DNA from: an uncultured Oscillospiraceae bacterium
GTDB lineage: Bacteria > Bacillota > Clostridia > Oscillospirales > Oscillospiraceae
DNA length: 64,000 nt
Direction of reading: 5' to 3'
Assembly: GCA_934591895.1 (NCBI GenBank)
Contig: CAKTPP010000004.1
Coordinates: 81,582 to 145,581 of the forward strand
This document shows, one piece after another, positions 35,152 through 46,715 of the stretch. The position numbers and the translations under genes were made by a program. Under the pieces are notes generated by a model. The model had not been told where the DNA came from, ran no database searches, and was given only the letters and a program-made list of their open reading frames with translations. The first letter of the stretch is position 1. The number at the start of each line of letters is the position of its first letter.

Positions 35152-36240
35152 TCAGCCGGTGGTGACATAGCTGCCCGACTCCGGCGCCTTGGCGAGAAAC
35201 GGCACAAAGCGCGTCGCCGCATCGAAGCTGCTGTCGGCGGCGATGACGCTGCGCAGCGCGGCGACGTTGTCCGCCGTGGCGAACACGCACACGCGGTCGA
35301 GCAGCTTCGGCAGCACCGTCATGTCCTGCCCGGATTGCGCGGCCTTGTCCTGCAGGATGGAGTCCGCACTCACGATCGCGCTCACGCGCAGCCCCGTTGC
35401 GCTCAGGCTCGTGCGCAGATACTTTGTCAGCGCGACGACCGCGTCCGTGCGCGAGGGCGAGCCCGTCTGATCCGCGTATTTGAGCTCTGCAGCCGCAAGC
35501 GGCTGCTGCAGGTACGAGAACGCGACCTCGTCAAAGCCGAGCTCCCGCAGCTCCTTGCAGAGGCTGACGAGGTACGTGCGCGTGAAGGTGTTGTACGGGT
35601 CGACCCAGCCGCCGGAGCTGTCGGTGTACGCGCTGCCGGAGGCGGTCTGCTGCGCGGTGGCGGCGTAGCGCTCGGCCATGAGCGAGTCCACGCACGCGCT
35701 CACGACCGCGACGAGGTAGATGTCCTGCCCCTTGACGGTTCGGATCGCATCGGCGAGCTCGGCCGTGCCGTTGACGCCGTAGGCTGACGCCTCCGAGACG
35801 CCGGACTTCCAGCTGAGCGTGCCGCCGGGCGCTTTCATCTGCAGCACGAGGGCGTTGCCGCCGGCGGCCTTCACGGATGCTGCGGCGCGCGTGAGCCCCT
35901 CGGGCGTGATCTTGTCGGCGGTCAGATACTGCGCGTGCAGCTCCGAGAGATTCTTGCCCGCGTCGGAGATGATGCCGGAGTAGTCCGGATCTTCGAGCAC
36001 GAGCTCGGTGTCGACCGTCTCGGGCTGGCCGTCGTCCGTCACGGGGGCGGGTGTTTCCATGATGGGGAAGATGACGTGCAGCGAGCCGTCGCTGCCGTAG
36101 ACGATGTATTTCTGACCGGCGTAGAACAGGATCACGGCCAGCACGATCAGTCCGGCGAGGATCCACAAGAGCACCGGCCAGACCTTGCCCCGGCTGCGCC
36201 GGGCGCGGTAGACGTCGTTTCGATGGGCGCGCATCGGCAC
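35152..36240 (-). CDS. membrane-anchored extracytoplasmic protein, possible glycoside-hydrolase-like TIM barrel
   Basis: 362 aa. Basic N-terminus with a single TM anchor, followed by a large external domain. The functional call is weak. Confidence 0.55.
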   Translation of the reverse strand: MPMRAHRNDVYRARRSRGKVWPVLLWILAGLIVLAVILFYAGQKYIVYGSDGSLHVIFPIMETPAPVTDDGQPETVDTELVLEDPDYSGIISDAGKNLSELHAQYLTADKITPEGLTRAAASVKAAGGNALVLQMKAPGGTLSWKSGVSEASAYGVNGTAELADAIRTVKGQDIYLVAVVSACVDSLMAERYAATAQQTASGSAYTDSSGGWVDPYNTFTRTYLVSLCKELRELGFDEVAFSYLQQPLAAAELKYADQTGSPSRTDAVVALTKYLRTSLSATGLRVSAIVSADSILQDKAAQSGQDMTVLPKLLDRVCVFATADNVAALRSVIAADSSFDAATRFVPFLAKAPESGSYVTTG

Positions 36241-36262
36241 ACCTCCTTTGGGTCAGGCGGCC

Positions 36263-36703
36263 TCAGCCGCGGTTTTCAATGTCGCTGATGAGCGCGACGC
36301 GGCGCGCGTGGCGGCCGCCCTCAAAGTCCGTGGTCAGGAAGGTGTCCACGATCTTGAGCGCAAGCCCCGTGCCGAGCACGCGCGCGCCCATGGCGAGGAT
36401 GTTCGCGTCGTTGTGGCGGCGGGTCATCTCGGCCGAGTAGCAGTCCCCGCACAGGGCGGCGCGGATGCCCTTGACCTTGTTGGCGGAGATGGAGATGCCG
36501 ATGCCCGTGCCGCAGATGAGGATGCCGCGCTCGCATTCGCCGCCCGCGACCGCGCGCGCGACGGCCTCACCGTAGACGGGGTAGTCGCAGCTCTCCTCGC
36601 TGTAGGTGCCGAAGTCCTGATAGGCGAGCCCGAGCTCGTCAAGATGGCGCATGACCTCCTGCTTGAGGGCATAGCCGCCGTGGTCACATCCGATCGCAAT
36701 CAT
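36263..36703 (-). CDS. rpiB: ribose-5-phosphate isomerase B
   Basis: 146 aa. MIAIGCDHGGYALKQ...ICGTGIGISISANK signature of RpiB/LacAB. Confidence 0.9.
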   Translation of the reverse strand: MIAIGCDHGGYALKQEVMRHLDELGLAYQDFGTYSEESCDYPVYGEAVARAVAGGECERGILICGTGIGISISANKVKGIRAALCGDCYSAEMTRRHNDANILAMGARVLGTGLALKIVDTFLTTDFEGGRHARRVALISDIENRG

Positions 36704-36736
36704 AAAAAATACCTCGATTTCTGAAATTTCCCGGCG

Positions 36737-38515
36737 TTAAAATGGCCAGTCCGGGAGCCATTTGAGCACATTCCATGCGTAGCTGCGCGAGACCGTCACG
36801 CCTGTGAGCACAGGATAAAACAGCGCGAGCAGCGCGCCGCTTGCCGCGGTGAAGGCATATACGATGCCGAAATAGCCCCGCTGCCGCAGCCGGTCGAACA
36901 CATACCCGAGCGCGAGCACGAGAAAGAGCGTCGCCGCGAAGTAGTGGTATTCGAACGTCAGGCGCGAGATGAACACCCACGGCAGCACCTGCGCAAGATA
37001 GCCGATGAGGATGAACAGCGCCGTGCGGTCGCGCCTGACCGCGCGGTATGCAAGCACCGGCAGCGCCAGCAGCCCGCCCCAGCACAGCAGGGGATTGACG
37101 AACGCGCCGATGGTCGACACCGTCCCGTTGCCGTACGACAGGTAGTAGAGGATCGGCCGCAGGTCGAGCAGCCACTGCCACCAGCGTGAGGAATACGGGT
37201 GCGTTGCGACAAGACCCGCGTGATACGTGAACATGAAGCGCTGGTTTTCCAGAACGATGGCGGCGTATTCGCGCGTGAAGTACATGCCCACACCGCGCAG
37301 ACCGCGCGCCGCGCCGTAGGGGTAGTAGCTCGCATAGTAGATCATGCCCGGAATGAGCACGAAAAACACGAGGCAGAAGCCGATGTTCGCAAGCAGCCTG
37401 CGCGCATAGCGGCGGCCGTCGCCGTCGCGGTGCGCCTGCACGCCGGAAAACACCCAGTGCAGCGCCCAGAGCACGCCGAGCCCCGCCCCGGCATACAGGC
37501 ACGTCCACTTCGTGGCCGCGCCCACGCCGAACGCAATGCCGCAGGCGGCGAGATGGCGCAGCCTGCCCTCCGTGAAGTACCGGTACAAAAACAGGTACAT
37601 GAGCAGGATGAACAGCGTCGCAAAGCTGTCGACCGTCGCAATGCGCGTCTGCGTCAGGTGCATGAAGTCAAACGCCAGCAGCGCCGTGCCGCACAGCGCC
37701 ACGCGGTCGTCGCGGAACATCCGGCGCAGCAGATCCCACATCAGCGGCAGCATGGCCACGCCGAACAGCGCGCCCATGCAGCGCCAGCCCAGCGGCGTCA
37801 TACCCAGCAGCGCGATGCCGAGCGCGATCAGCTCCTTGCCGAGCGGCGGGTGCGACACCTCGTACGGGTACACGCCGCGCAGATGCTCATAGGCCGTGCG
37901 CGCGTGGTAGATCTCGTCAAAATACGAGCTGTTGCAGTACGTGGACGATGCCGGCACGGTGTCCGCCTCGTCGCAGAGGGCGTCCGCAGACGCAGGCCCC
38001 GTGATCTCGCGCACGGCGATGCGTTCGCCCTGCGCGTCGAGCAGCGCGAGCTCGCCAAGCTCCAGATGCGTGCTCGCCGTGACGCGCACGTAGGCCGCCG
38101 TCGCGGGCGCGGCGTCCGACGGCTGCGGCTGCAGCCATTTGAAGAGGTCGGCATAGCCCTGCGGCATCGTTCCGGCGGCGGTGTAGGTGATGCCGTCGTC
38201 AGAATAGGCAAGGGTGTATTCGCCCGTGTACAGGCCGGTGTAGTACCAGACGGTGTCGATGCCGTGCACGCCGTCGAGCGCGAGCGTGGCGCTCTCGCCG
38301 GCCTCAAGCGTGCAGAAGCGCTGCGGGTCGCGCGCAGAGCCGAGCCCCGTGAACGCGGCGACGGCGTACACCGCCGTCAGCACCGCGATGCCGATGCCGC
38401 CGCGGTGCGATGTGCGCCGGGGGATCGCGTCGCGCGCGGGCCACGCCAGCTGCAAAAACAGCGCCAGCGTCAGCGCGATGGCCGCCGCGGGCAAGATGAT
38501 CCGAAGCGCTGCCAT
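36737..38515 (-). CDS. PMT-family (GT39-like) phospholipid-carrier-dependent glycosyltransferase
   Basis: 592 aa polytopic protein. YFDEIYHARTAYEHLRGVYPYEVSHPPLGK motif of dolichyl-phosphate-mannose protein mannosyltransferase homologues. Confidence 0.8.
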   Translation of the reverse strand: MAALRIILPAAAIALTLALFLQLAWPARDAIPRRTSHRGGIGIAVLTAVYAVAAFTGLGSARDPQRFCTLEAGESATLALDGVHGIDTVWYYTGLYTGEYTLAYSDDGITYTAAGTMPQGYADLFKWLQPQPSDAAPATAAYVRVTASTHLELGELALLDAQGERIAVREITGPASADALCDEADTVPASSTYCNSSYFDEIYHARTAYEHLRGVYPYEVSHPPLGKELIALGIALLGMTPLGWRCMGALFGVAMLPLMWDLLRRMFRDDRVALCGTALLAFDFMHLTQTRIATVDSFATLFILLMYLFLYRYFTEGRLRHLAACGIAFGVGAATKWTCLYAGAGLGVLWALHWVFSGVQAHRDGDGRRYARRLLANIGFCLVFFVLIPGMIYYASYYPYGAARGLRGVGMYFTREYAAIVLENQRFMFTYHAGLVATHPYSSRWWQWLLDLRPILYYLSYGNGTVSTIGAFVNPLLCWGGLLALPVLAYRAVRRDRTALFILIGYLAQVLPWVFISRLTFEYHYFAATLFLVLALGYVFDRLRQRGYFGIVYAFTAASGALLALFYPVLTGVTVSRSYAWNVLKWLPDWPF

Positions 38516-38630
38516 GCGCCGTTCCTCCCTTCGCCGGAGCGTTGGATGCTCGCATTTGTCGGATGGTCTATATTATAGTACAGCGCGGCGGCGCTGTCCA
38601 GAAAAGAATCCGGCGGACGGCTGCCGGTAC

Positions 38631-38659
38631 TTGACAACGGTGCGGAATAAAGTTAAAAT
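38631..38659 (+). promoter_or_regulatory. sigma-70-type promoter candidate upstream of rny
   Basis: TTGACA (38631-38636), 17-nt spacer, TAAAAT (38654-38659). Confidence 0.5.
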
Positions 38660-38801
38660 AATGTGATTATATTTTTGGCGGCGGATGGAGCACCGCCACA
38701 AATATCGTTATGTTCCCGGCGGGTACGCTTGATGGCCCGCCTTTTCCAACTTGAAAAAATATCGTGAAGAAATCTGAAGAAACGGAGGATTACAATTTCA
38801 T

Positions 38802-40343
38802 ATGTCGTTACCAATAGCACTCGGTTGTATCATCGCAGCGCTTGTGGTTGGTTGTATCCTTGGCGGGCTCTACCGCAAAAAGGTCTCGGAACGCGAGATC
38901 GGCAGTGCGGAGGAGAAGGCCAGGCAGATCATAAATGACGCCTATAAGAGTGCCGAGAGCAAGCGGCGCGAGACCCTGCTCGAGGCCAAGGAAGAGATCC
39001 ACAAGAGCCGTTCGGAGTATGAGCGCGAGGTCAAGGAGCGCCGCGCGGAGCTGCAAAAGCAGGAGCGCCGCCTTCAGCAGAAGGAGGAGACGCTTGACCG
39101 CAAGACGGACACGCTCGACAAAAAGACCGATGCCCTCAACCAGAAGATCGCCGCGATCGACACCAAGCAGAACGAGATCAACCAGCTCAAGAAGACCCAG
39201 ATGGAGCTGCTCGAAAAGATCTCCGGCTACACGGTCGAGGAGGCCAAGGCCTTCCTCATCAACAGCCTGAAGGACGACGTGGTGCACGAGCAGGCGCTCA
39301 TGGTCAAGGAGATCGAGACCCAGTACAAGGATGAGGCCGATACCCGCGCCCGCGAGATCATCGCCACCGCCATCCAGCGCTGTGCCGCCGATCATGCCAG
39401 CGAGGTGACCGTGTCGGTCGTGCCGCTGCCGAACGACGAGATGAAGGGCCGCATCATCGGCCGCGAGGGCCGCAACATCCGCGCCATCGAGACGCTCACC
39501 GGCTGCGACCTCATCATTGACGACACGCCCGAGGCCATCACGCTCTCGAGCTTCGATCCCGTGCGGCGTGAGGTCGCGCGCATCGCGCTCGAAAAGCTCA
39601 TTCAGGACGGACGCATCCACCCCGCCCGCATCGAGGAAATGGTCGCCAAGGCTCAGAAGGAGGTCAACGCCACCATCAAGGCCGAGGGCGAGCGCGCCGT
39701 TTTCGAGACGAACATCCACGGTCTGCATCCCGAGCTGATCAAGCTGCTCGGCCGCATGAAGTACCGCACCAGCTACGGCCAGAATGTGCTCAACCACTCC
39801 ATCGAGGTTTCGCACATTGCCGGCCTGCTCGCTTCCGAGCTCGGCGTCGACGTGGCCACCGCCAAGCGCGCCGGCCTCCTGCACGACATCGGCAAGGCCA
39901 TCGACCACGAGGTCGAGGGCAGCCATGTGACCATCGGCGTGAACATCGCCCGCAAGTACAAGGAGTCTGAGGAGGTCATCCACGCCATCGAGGCGCACCA
40001 CAACGATGTGGAGCCGCACACCGTCGTCGCCTGCCTGGTTCAGGCGGCCGACGCCATCTCCGCCGCCCGCCCCGGCGCACGGCGCGAGAACATCGAAAAC
40101 TATGTCAAGCGTCTGGAAAAGCTCGAGGAGGTCTCCAAGAGCTTCCCCGGCATTGCTAACAGCTTTGCCATTCAGGCCGGCCGCGAGATCCGCATCATGG
40201 TCAAGCCCGAGGAGGTCTCGGAGGATCAGATGGTGCTGCTTGCGCGCGACATCGCCAAGAAGATCGAGGACGAGCTGACCTATCCCGGTCAGATCAAGGT
40301 CAATCTCCTGCGCGAGACCAAGGCCGTCGATTACGCGAAGTAA
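38802..40343 (+). CDS. rny: ribonuclease Y
   Basis: 513 aa. N-terminal TM anchor, coiled coil, KH domain ([15 protein letters not shown]) and HD domain (LLHDIGKA). Confidence 0.95.
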   Translation: MSLPIALGCIIAALVVGCILGGLYRKKVSEREIGSAEEKARQIINDAYKSAESKRRETLLEAKEEIHKSRSEYEREVKERRAELQKQERRLQQKEETLDRKTDTLDKKTDALNQKIAAIDTKQNEINQLKKTQMELLEKISGYTVEEAKAFLINSLKDDVVHEQALMVKEIETQYKDEADTRAREIIATAIQRCAADHASEVTVSVVPLPNDEMKGRIIGREGRNIRAIETLTGCDLIIDDTPEAITLSSFDPVRREVARIALEKLIQDGRIHPARIEEMVAKAQKEVNATIKAEGERAVFETNIHGLHPELIKLLGRMKYRTSYGQNVLNHSIEVSHIAGLLASELGVDVATAKRAGLLHDIGKAIDHEVEGSHVTIGVNIARKYKESEEVIHAIEAHHNDVEPHTVVACLVQAADAISAARPGARRENIENYVKRLEKLEEVSKSFPGIANSFAIQAGREIRIMVKPEEVSEDQMVLLARDIAKKIEDELTYPGQIKVNLLRETKAVDYAK

Positions 40344-40361
40344 ACCACAGCACAAACGCCA

Positions 40362-40391
40362 AAACGCCCGCCGGGAAACCGGCGGGCGTTT
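40362..40391. terminator. intrinsic terminator behind rny (left copy of a duplicated 30-mer)
   Basis: AAACGCCCGCCGGgaaaCCGGCGGGCGTTT, flanked by an A-run and a T-run. Confidence 0.8.
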
Positions 40392-40592
40392 TGGCATATC
40401 CAAAAGTCTCGCAGTGTTTCGCCGATGGCGCGGCGAAAGAAAATGAAATCATTTTTTCCGGCGACATGTGCGGCGGAAAAAATACCGCTCAGGCTGCAAG
40501 TGTGGAATTTGTGCGCCGTCGGCGCACAAATTATGCGCGCAGCAGACCGTGAGCCTTTTGTCGGAAAACTTTTTGGGTTTTCCGACAGGCTC
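40392..40592 (-). repeat. intergenic repeat copy D
   Basis: Same module order as copies C and E: TTTCGCCG..CGGCGAAA, TTTTTTCCG..CGGAAAAAA, AATTTGTGCGCC..GGCGCACAAATT and the terminal hairpin GTCGGAAAAC..GTTTTCCGAC. Confidence 0.7.
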
Positions 40593-40622
40593 AAACGCCC
40601 GCCGGGAAACCGGCGGGCGTTT
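40593..40622. terminator. second, identical copy of the 30-nt terminator hairpin
   Basis: Identical 30-mer to 40362-40391, as read from the sequence. Lies 10 nt from the stop of the minus-strand gene at 40632. Confidence 0.7.
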
Positions 40623-40631
40623 GCTGTCTGT

Positions 40632-41243
40632 TCAGAGGTAGGTTTGCGGCGCTTTTTCGACGTATGTTCCGCAGTTGGTGCAATATGTGCACCCTTCGGA
40701 GAGCGAAGAGCCGCAGTTTCGGCAAAAGCGGGGGCGCTGCGTGTAAGCAGGGGCTGCGGGAGCCGGACTCTCGACAGGAGACCTGTCCGGGACTACGGTG
40801 TACTCCGCGTCGAGCTGTATGGGCGGTGCGTTTTTCGGCAGGGGAGAGAACAGCAGCCGCCGCTTCATGAAGTATATCCAGCTCGGGACGGCGACGATGC
40901 CGCAGCCGATGATCTGGCCGATGGTGGTTGCAGCGGACGGGTATGTCAGCCGGTAGGTGTAAATGATCACAAGAGCCGCGATCGAGTCGAGGATGATCAG
41001 ACCCCATGTCCCGAACAGCGCCAGCACACCGTACCACTTCATGGAGTTCAGGCCGGCGGCGGCTGCAATGGTGAGCAGCAGGCCGGCTGCGGCATAGACA
41101 AGCGTATATGCATTGGAGCCGGAGCGGAACAGCTGCGCACCCTGCACGAAGCGCGCAATGACCCCCAAGATAAGTACAATGCGCAGAAAATGATAATATT
41201 TCAGGGGCGTCTGCTCCTTGTTGACGTATTGGGGGGTGATCAT
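40632..41243 (-). CDS. membrane protein with a C-terminal zinc-ribbon
   Basis: Start at the ATG at 41243 (MITPQYVNKEQ...) with a GGAGA RBS. Four TM helices are followed by CRNCGSSLSEGCTYCTNCG. Confidence 0.6.
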   Translation of the reverse strand: MITPQYVNKEQTPLKYYHFLRIVLILGVIARFVQGAQLFRSGSNAYTLVYAAAGLLLTIAAAAGLNSMKWYGVLALFGTWGLIILDSIAALVIIYTYRLTYPSAATTIGQIIGCGIVAVPSWIYFMKRRLLFSPLPKNAPPIQLDAEYTVVPDRSPVESPAPAAPAYTQRPRFCRNCGSSLSEGCTYCTNCGTYVEKAPQTYL

Positions 41244-41416
41244 AGAAAACGGTCTCCTTCCGAAGCGTGATTGGATGCACATGCCAAGGCATCCATATGT
41301 TACATACTAATACTTGTGCCGTTTCTTGTCAAGTGTGAGAAAAATGGGCGCACAAAGCCCCCGGCACGCATTGCGTACCGGGGGTTTGCTGTCTGTTGTT
41401 TTGCGGGGCAGGGGAA

Positions 41417-43057
<1,641 letters not shown>

Positions 43058-43081
43058 CTAATGAATCCAAGCAGTAGTGTC

Positions 43082-43366
43082 TTACTCGACGACGGCCAGA
43101 ATGTCGCTCTGGCGCACGATGGAATACTCCTCGCCGTCCACCTTCACGGTGGTGCCGGAGTACTTGCCGACGATCACACGGTCACCGGCAGCGACGGTCA
43201 TCTTCACTTCGTTGCCGTCCACCATGCCGCCCGGGCCGACTTCAACGACCTCGAACATTTCGGGTTTCTCCTGCGCGGATGCTGCCAGGATCAGGCCGCT
43301 CTTGGTCTTTTCCTCGGCCTTGAACTGCTTGAGGATTACACGGTCTGCCAACGGTTTGAGTTTCAT
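43082..43366 (-). CDS. groES: co-chaperonin GroES
   Basis: 94 aa. MKLKPLADRVILK...GDRVIVGKYSGTTVK. Confidence 0.95.
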   Translation of the reverse strand: MKLKPLADRVILKQFKAEEKTKSGLILAASAQEKPEMFEVVEVGPGGMVDGNEVKMTVAAGDRVIVGKYSGTTVKVDGEEYSIVRQSDILAVVE

Positions 43367-43408
43367 GATCTATATGCCTCCTAATATTGAATACAAAAAA
43401 GCGATGCG

Positions 43409-43435
43409 TTAGCACTCCGTTCCTCTGAGTGCTAA
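43409..43435 (-). promoter_or_regulatory. CIRCE operator (HrcA binding site)
   Basis: TTAGCACTC-N9-GAGTGCTAA, a perfect match to the CIRCE consensus, upstream of groES. Confidence 0.9.
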
Positions 43436-43518
43436 CGCATCATACTATACCACAAATTTTCGGATTATCAAGCCCCTGACGAAATTTTTTTGTAAACGTT
43501 TTATGACCGCGTTTTTCG

Positions 43519-44451
43519 TCAGGAATGGACAAACTCGCGCGTCTCGTGGCCGCCCGCGGTCTCGGGATGGAAGAAGGCCATGTTCGCCGGCACGAGGAAG
43601 TTCACGCCGCTGGGAATGAGGTCAAAATTCACGTGCCTGCTGTAGAGCGCCTCACCGTCGATGTTGACGACGATCTCGTTTTCGCTGTCGATCTCGAGGT
43701 GGCCGCCCTCAAGGTGCGTGATGAACTGCTCCAGCTCGCGGTAGCGCCCCTTTGCGTACTTGCCGACGAGCCGGACGAACTGCAGGCGCGAGACGTCGCG
43801 CACGACGAGAAACTCGAGCTTGCCGTTGTCGGGCATGGAGTCGGGGATGGGGTTGAAGCCGCCGCCGTAGAACCGGCCGTTGCACGCGCAGATGAGCGTC
43901 GTGCCGCCGGAATACTCCATGCCGCAGCCGCGCACGGTCAGCGGCTGGGTGATGCCCTTGAAGAGGTTTGCCACGGCGGAGAAAATGTAGTTGTCGTGGT
44001 ACTGGTGCACCTCCGTGCCGATGCGCGCGTCGATGCCGACCGAGCAGATGTTGAGCGCGTAGCGCCCGCAGCATTCGATGATGTCAAAGGGGCGCACCTC
44101 GCCGCGCACGAGGTCGGCAAGGTCGAAAAAGCGCGTCTTTTCCTCCCCGAACATTTTGATGAAATCGTTGCCCGTGCCGCAGGGAAAATGCGTCACGGCG
44201 ACGTTGCTGCGGCCGACTGCGCCGTTGACGCACTCGTTGAGCGTGCCGTCACCGCCGCAGGCATACACCCGCAGCTCCTCGCCGGAGGCCGCCTCCGCGG
44301 CGATCCTGGCACACGCGTCCATGGGCGCGGTCGTGACATAGACCTCGTAAGCGTCCTCGCTGCCCTCGAGCGCAAGGCGCGCCTGCTCGGCCACGTATTC
44401 GCGCCGGTCCTTGCCGCCGGCGACGGGATTGACGATGAACAGATGTTTCAT
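43519..44451 (-). CDS. diacylglycerol/lipid kinase family protein (YegS/BmrU-like)
   Basis: Start at the ATG at 44451 (MKHLFIVNPVAGGK...). GGDGTLNE motif present. Confidence 0.85.
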   Translation of the reverse strand: MKHLFIVNPVAGGKDRREYVAEQARLALEGSEDAYEVYVTTAPMDACARIAAEAASGEELRVYACGGDGTLNECVNGAVGRSNVAVTHFPCGTGNDFIKMFGEEKTRFFDLADLVRGEVRPFDIIECCGRYALNICSVGIDARIGTEVHQYHDNYIFSAVANLFKGITQPLTVRGCGMEYSGGTTLICACNGRFYGGGFNPIPDSMPDNGKLEFLVVRDVSRLQFVRLVGKYAKGRYRELEQFITHLEGGHLEIDSENEIVVNIDGEALYSRHVNFDLIPSGVNFLVPANMAFFHPETAGGHETREFVHS

Positions 44452-44582
44452 AGAGAATTCCTGCACTTTCGACAAAATAATACAATAACTATACCGCGTG
44501 CGGCGGGGTCGCGCAAGAGGGGAATTGTGAATATTTGCGGAATTTTAACTACCGGTGTGAGCATATGCGGCGGTATGCTGCC

Positions 44583-45704
44583 TCACACATCCTTCGTGTA
44601 CTGGAACAGGTCGCAGCGGAGCGTGCCGTTGTAGAGCTTGCGCTTTTTGTCCGCCGGGCGGCCGAAGGCGCGCTCAAACTCCGTGTGCGACGACAGGAGG
44701 TAGAGCTTCCAGTGCTCCGTTTTGGCATAGGCTGCGCCGAAGGCGGCGTAGAGCGCCTCGGCCTCGCGCTTTTCCATCAGGCGTTCGCCGTAGGGCGGGT
44801 TCGTGACGATGAGGCCGCGCTCGGTCGTGCGGTCAAACTCCCGCGCGTCGGCGACGGCGAACGTGATGCAGTCGTCCACACCGGCGCGGCGGGCATTGTC
44901 GCGCGCCATGGCGACGGCGCGCGGGTCGATGTCCGAGGCGAAGATGTGATATTCGCCGTGAAATTCCCGCGCACGCGCCTGCTCGCGCGCGTCCTGCCAG
45001 ACGGCCTTGTCCGGCCACGCCCACTGCATGGCGGCAAAGTCGCGCCGGATGCCGGGGGCGCGGCCTTTGGCGGCCAGCGCCGCCTCGATGGCGATGGTGC
45101 CGCTGCCGCAAAACGGGTCGCAGAAGTCGCCCCGGCCGCGGTAGCCCGCGATGTCCACGAGCGCGGCGGCCAGCGTCTCGCGCAGGGGCGCCGCCACGTG
45201 CGCCGGACGGTAGCCGCGCTTGTGCAGCGGCGTGCCGGTCGTGTCGAGGTAAAGCGTGGCCGTGTCGTGCACGAGCGAGAACTGGATCTGGTACAATGCG
45301 CCGGTCTCGGCGAACCAGCCGACGCGGTAGCGCCGCTTGAGCGACTCGACGACGGCTTTCTTGATGATCTTCTGGCAGTCGGGCACGGAGTGCAGCGCCG
45401 ACTCCAGACTGTAGCCCTTGACGGGGAAGGCCGCGTCCGCCGGCAGATAGTCCGCCCACGGCAGCGCCTTGACGCCCTCAAAGAGCGCGTCGAACGTCGG
45501 CGCGGGGAAGCTGCCCAGCTCGAGCAGCACGCGCTCGCCGAAGCGGCAGCGGATGTTCATGCGCGCGATGTCCGCGTCCGTGCCGGTGCAGCGCACGCGG
45601 CCGTTTTCGGGCATGACGTCACGCAGACCCATGTGGCGCAGCTCATTGCCGAGCGGGCCCTCGAGCCCGAACAGGCACGGCACGCACAGCTTGTGATCAG
45701 GCAT
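44583..45704 (-). CDS. THUMP-domain class I SAM-dependent RNA methyltransferase (COG0116, RlmL/YpsC-like)
   Basis: 373 aa. CLFGLEGPLGNEL THUMP-type N-terminus, DPFCGSGT SAM-binding motif and NPPYGERL catalytic motif. Confidence 0.85.
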   Translation of the reverse strand: MPDHKLCVPCLFGLEGPLGNELRHMGLRDVMPENGRVRCTGTDADIARMNIRCRFGERVLLELGSFPAPTFDALFEGVKALPWADYLPADAAFPVKGYSLESALHSVPDCQKIIKKAVVESLKRRYRVGWFAETGALYQIQFSLVHDTATLYLDTTGTPLHKRGYRPAHVAAPLRETLAAALVDIAGYRGRGDFCDPFCGSGTIAIEAALAAKGRAPGIRRDFAAMQWAWPDKAVWQDAREQARAREFHGEYHIFASDIDPRAVAMARDNARRAGVDDCITFAVADAREFDRTTERGLIVTNPPYGERLMEKREAEALYAAFGAAYAKTEHWKLYLLSSHTEFERAFGRPADKKRKLYNGTLRCDLFQYTKDV

Positions 45705-46701
45705 CGGGCGTGTCCTCGGTTTCTTCGGATTTTTCGGGTTCTTCGGATCCTTCGGCTTTTTCGGCGTCCGACTCCGGCTCGCTTTCCGGAATCGGCTCCG
45801 GCGCAGCGTCTGCGTCGGGGGCTTCTTCCGCCTCGGGCGTCATGTCCACGAGCTCGAAGGTGATGTCCGGCAGCTTTTCCTGCTCATACTTGCCGCAGAG
45901 GATGCGGATAAAGACCACAATGGCGTAGATCAGGCAGGCGACGGCGGCGACCGTCAGTCCCTCGACCCAGCCCTGCGGGATGCTGCCGACGGTGTCCACG
46001 CACACGATCTCGTCGGGCAGGTAGTCGGCCGCGTCCTCACTGTCGCCGATCGCGCCGATCTGCTGCAGGTAGGAGCGGTTTTCCGTGTACCAGTCATAGA
46101 GCGCGGACGAAACGGCATCCGGCATGGTCTTGACCGTGCCGGTGACGCGGATGAAGCTGTCGACCGAGTAGCTCTGGCCGGACAGAACGCTCGTGGTCGC
46201 ATCGGAGATGGTCTTGACCGAGGCGTTCCAGCGCGCGGGGAAGCGGAAGGCCACAAGCTGTCCGCCGATGGGCACGACGCCGTACTGCGCGCTGCCGCCG
46301 TTGGGGTCTGAAAACGTGTTGAGGATGAAGACGATGTCGTGCTGCACGAACGTGCCGGGCTCGGCATCGAAGGAGCCGGAGATCTCCTGCGCGCCGCGGG
46401 CGATGCGGAACACGCCGAAGCCGGACGCCGCCAGCAGCACGATGGCCGCCAGCAGGCCGGCCACACCGCGCCGGAGCGCATGACGCGCGCGGACGCTCAT
46501 GGGCGCTTTCTCCGCCGGAGCGGGGGCTTCGGCAGTATCGGCTTCGCCAGCGGGGATTTCGGCAGTATCGGCTTCGCCAGCGGCGGTCTCGCCGGCTGTG
46601 ACTTCTTCCGGCTGCGCGCACGCTTCGGGCGCATCGGTCTCCGGGGCGTCCGGCGCGGTGCTGCCGTTGATGTTTTCTTCGGGGGTCTTGTGTTCGTCCA
46701 T
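45697..46701 (-). CDS. hypothetical single-pass membrane protein with acidic termini
   Basis: Start at the ATG at 46701 with an AAGGAG RBS. Contains a 30-bp x2 in-frame duplication (46527-46586, AGEADTAE(I/A)P). One central and one C-terminal TM helix. Confidence 0.6.
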   Translation of the reverse strand: MDEHKTPEENINGSTAPDAPETDAPEACAQPEEVTAGETAAGEADTAEIPAGEADTAEAPAPAEKAPMSVRARHALRRGVAGLLAAIVLLAASGFGVFRIARGAQEISGSFDAEPGTFVQHDIVFILNTFSDPNGGSAQYGVVPIGGQLVAFRFPARWNASVKTISDATTSVLSGQSYSVDSFIRVTGTVKTMPDAVSSALYDWYTENRSYLQQIGAIGDSEDAADYLPDEIVCVDTVGSIPQGWVEGLTVAAVACLIYAIVVFIRILCGKYEQEKLPDITFELVDMTPEAEEAPDADAAPEPIPESEPESDAEKAEGSEEPEKSEETEDTPDA

Positions 46702-46715
46702 GATGGGCTCCTTTC

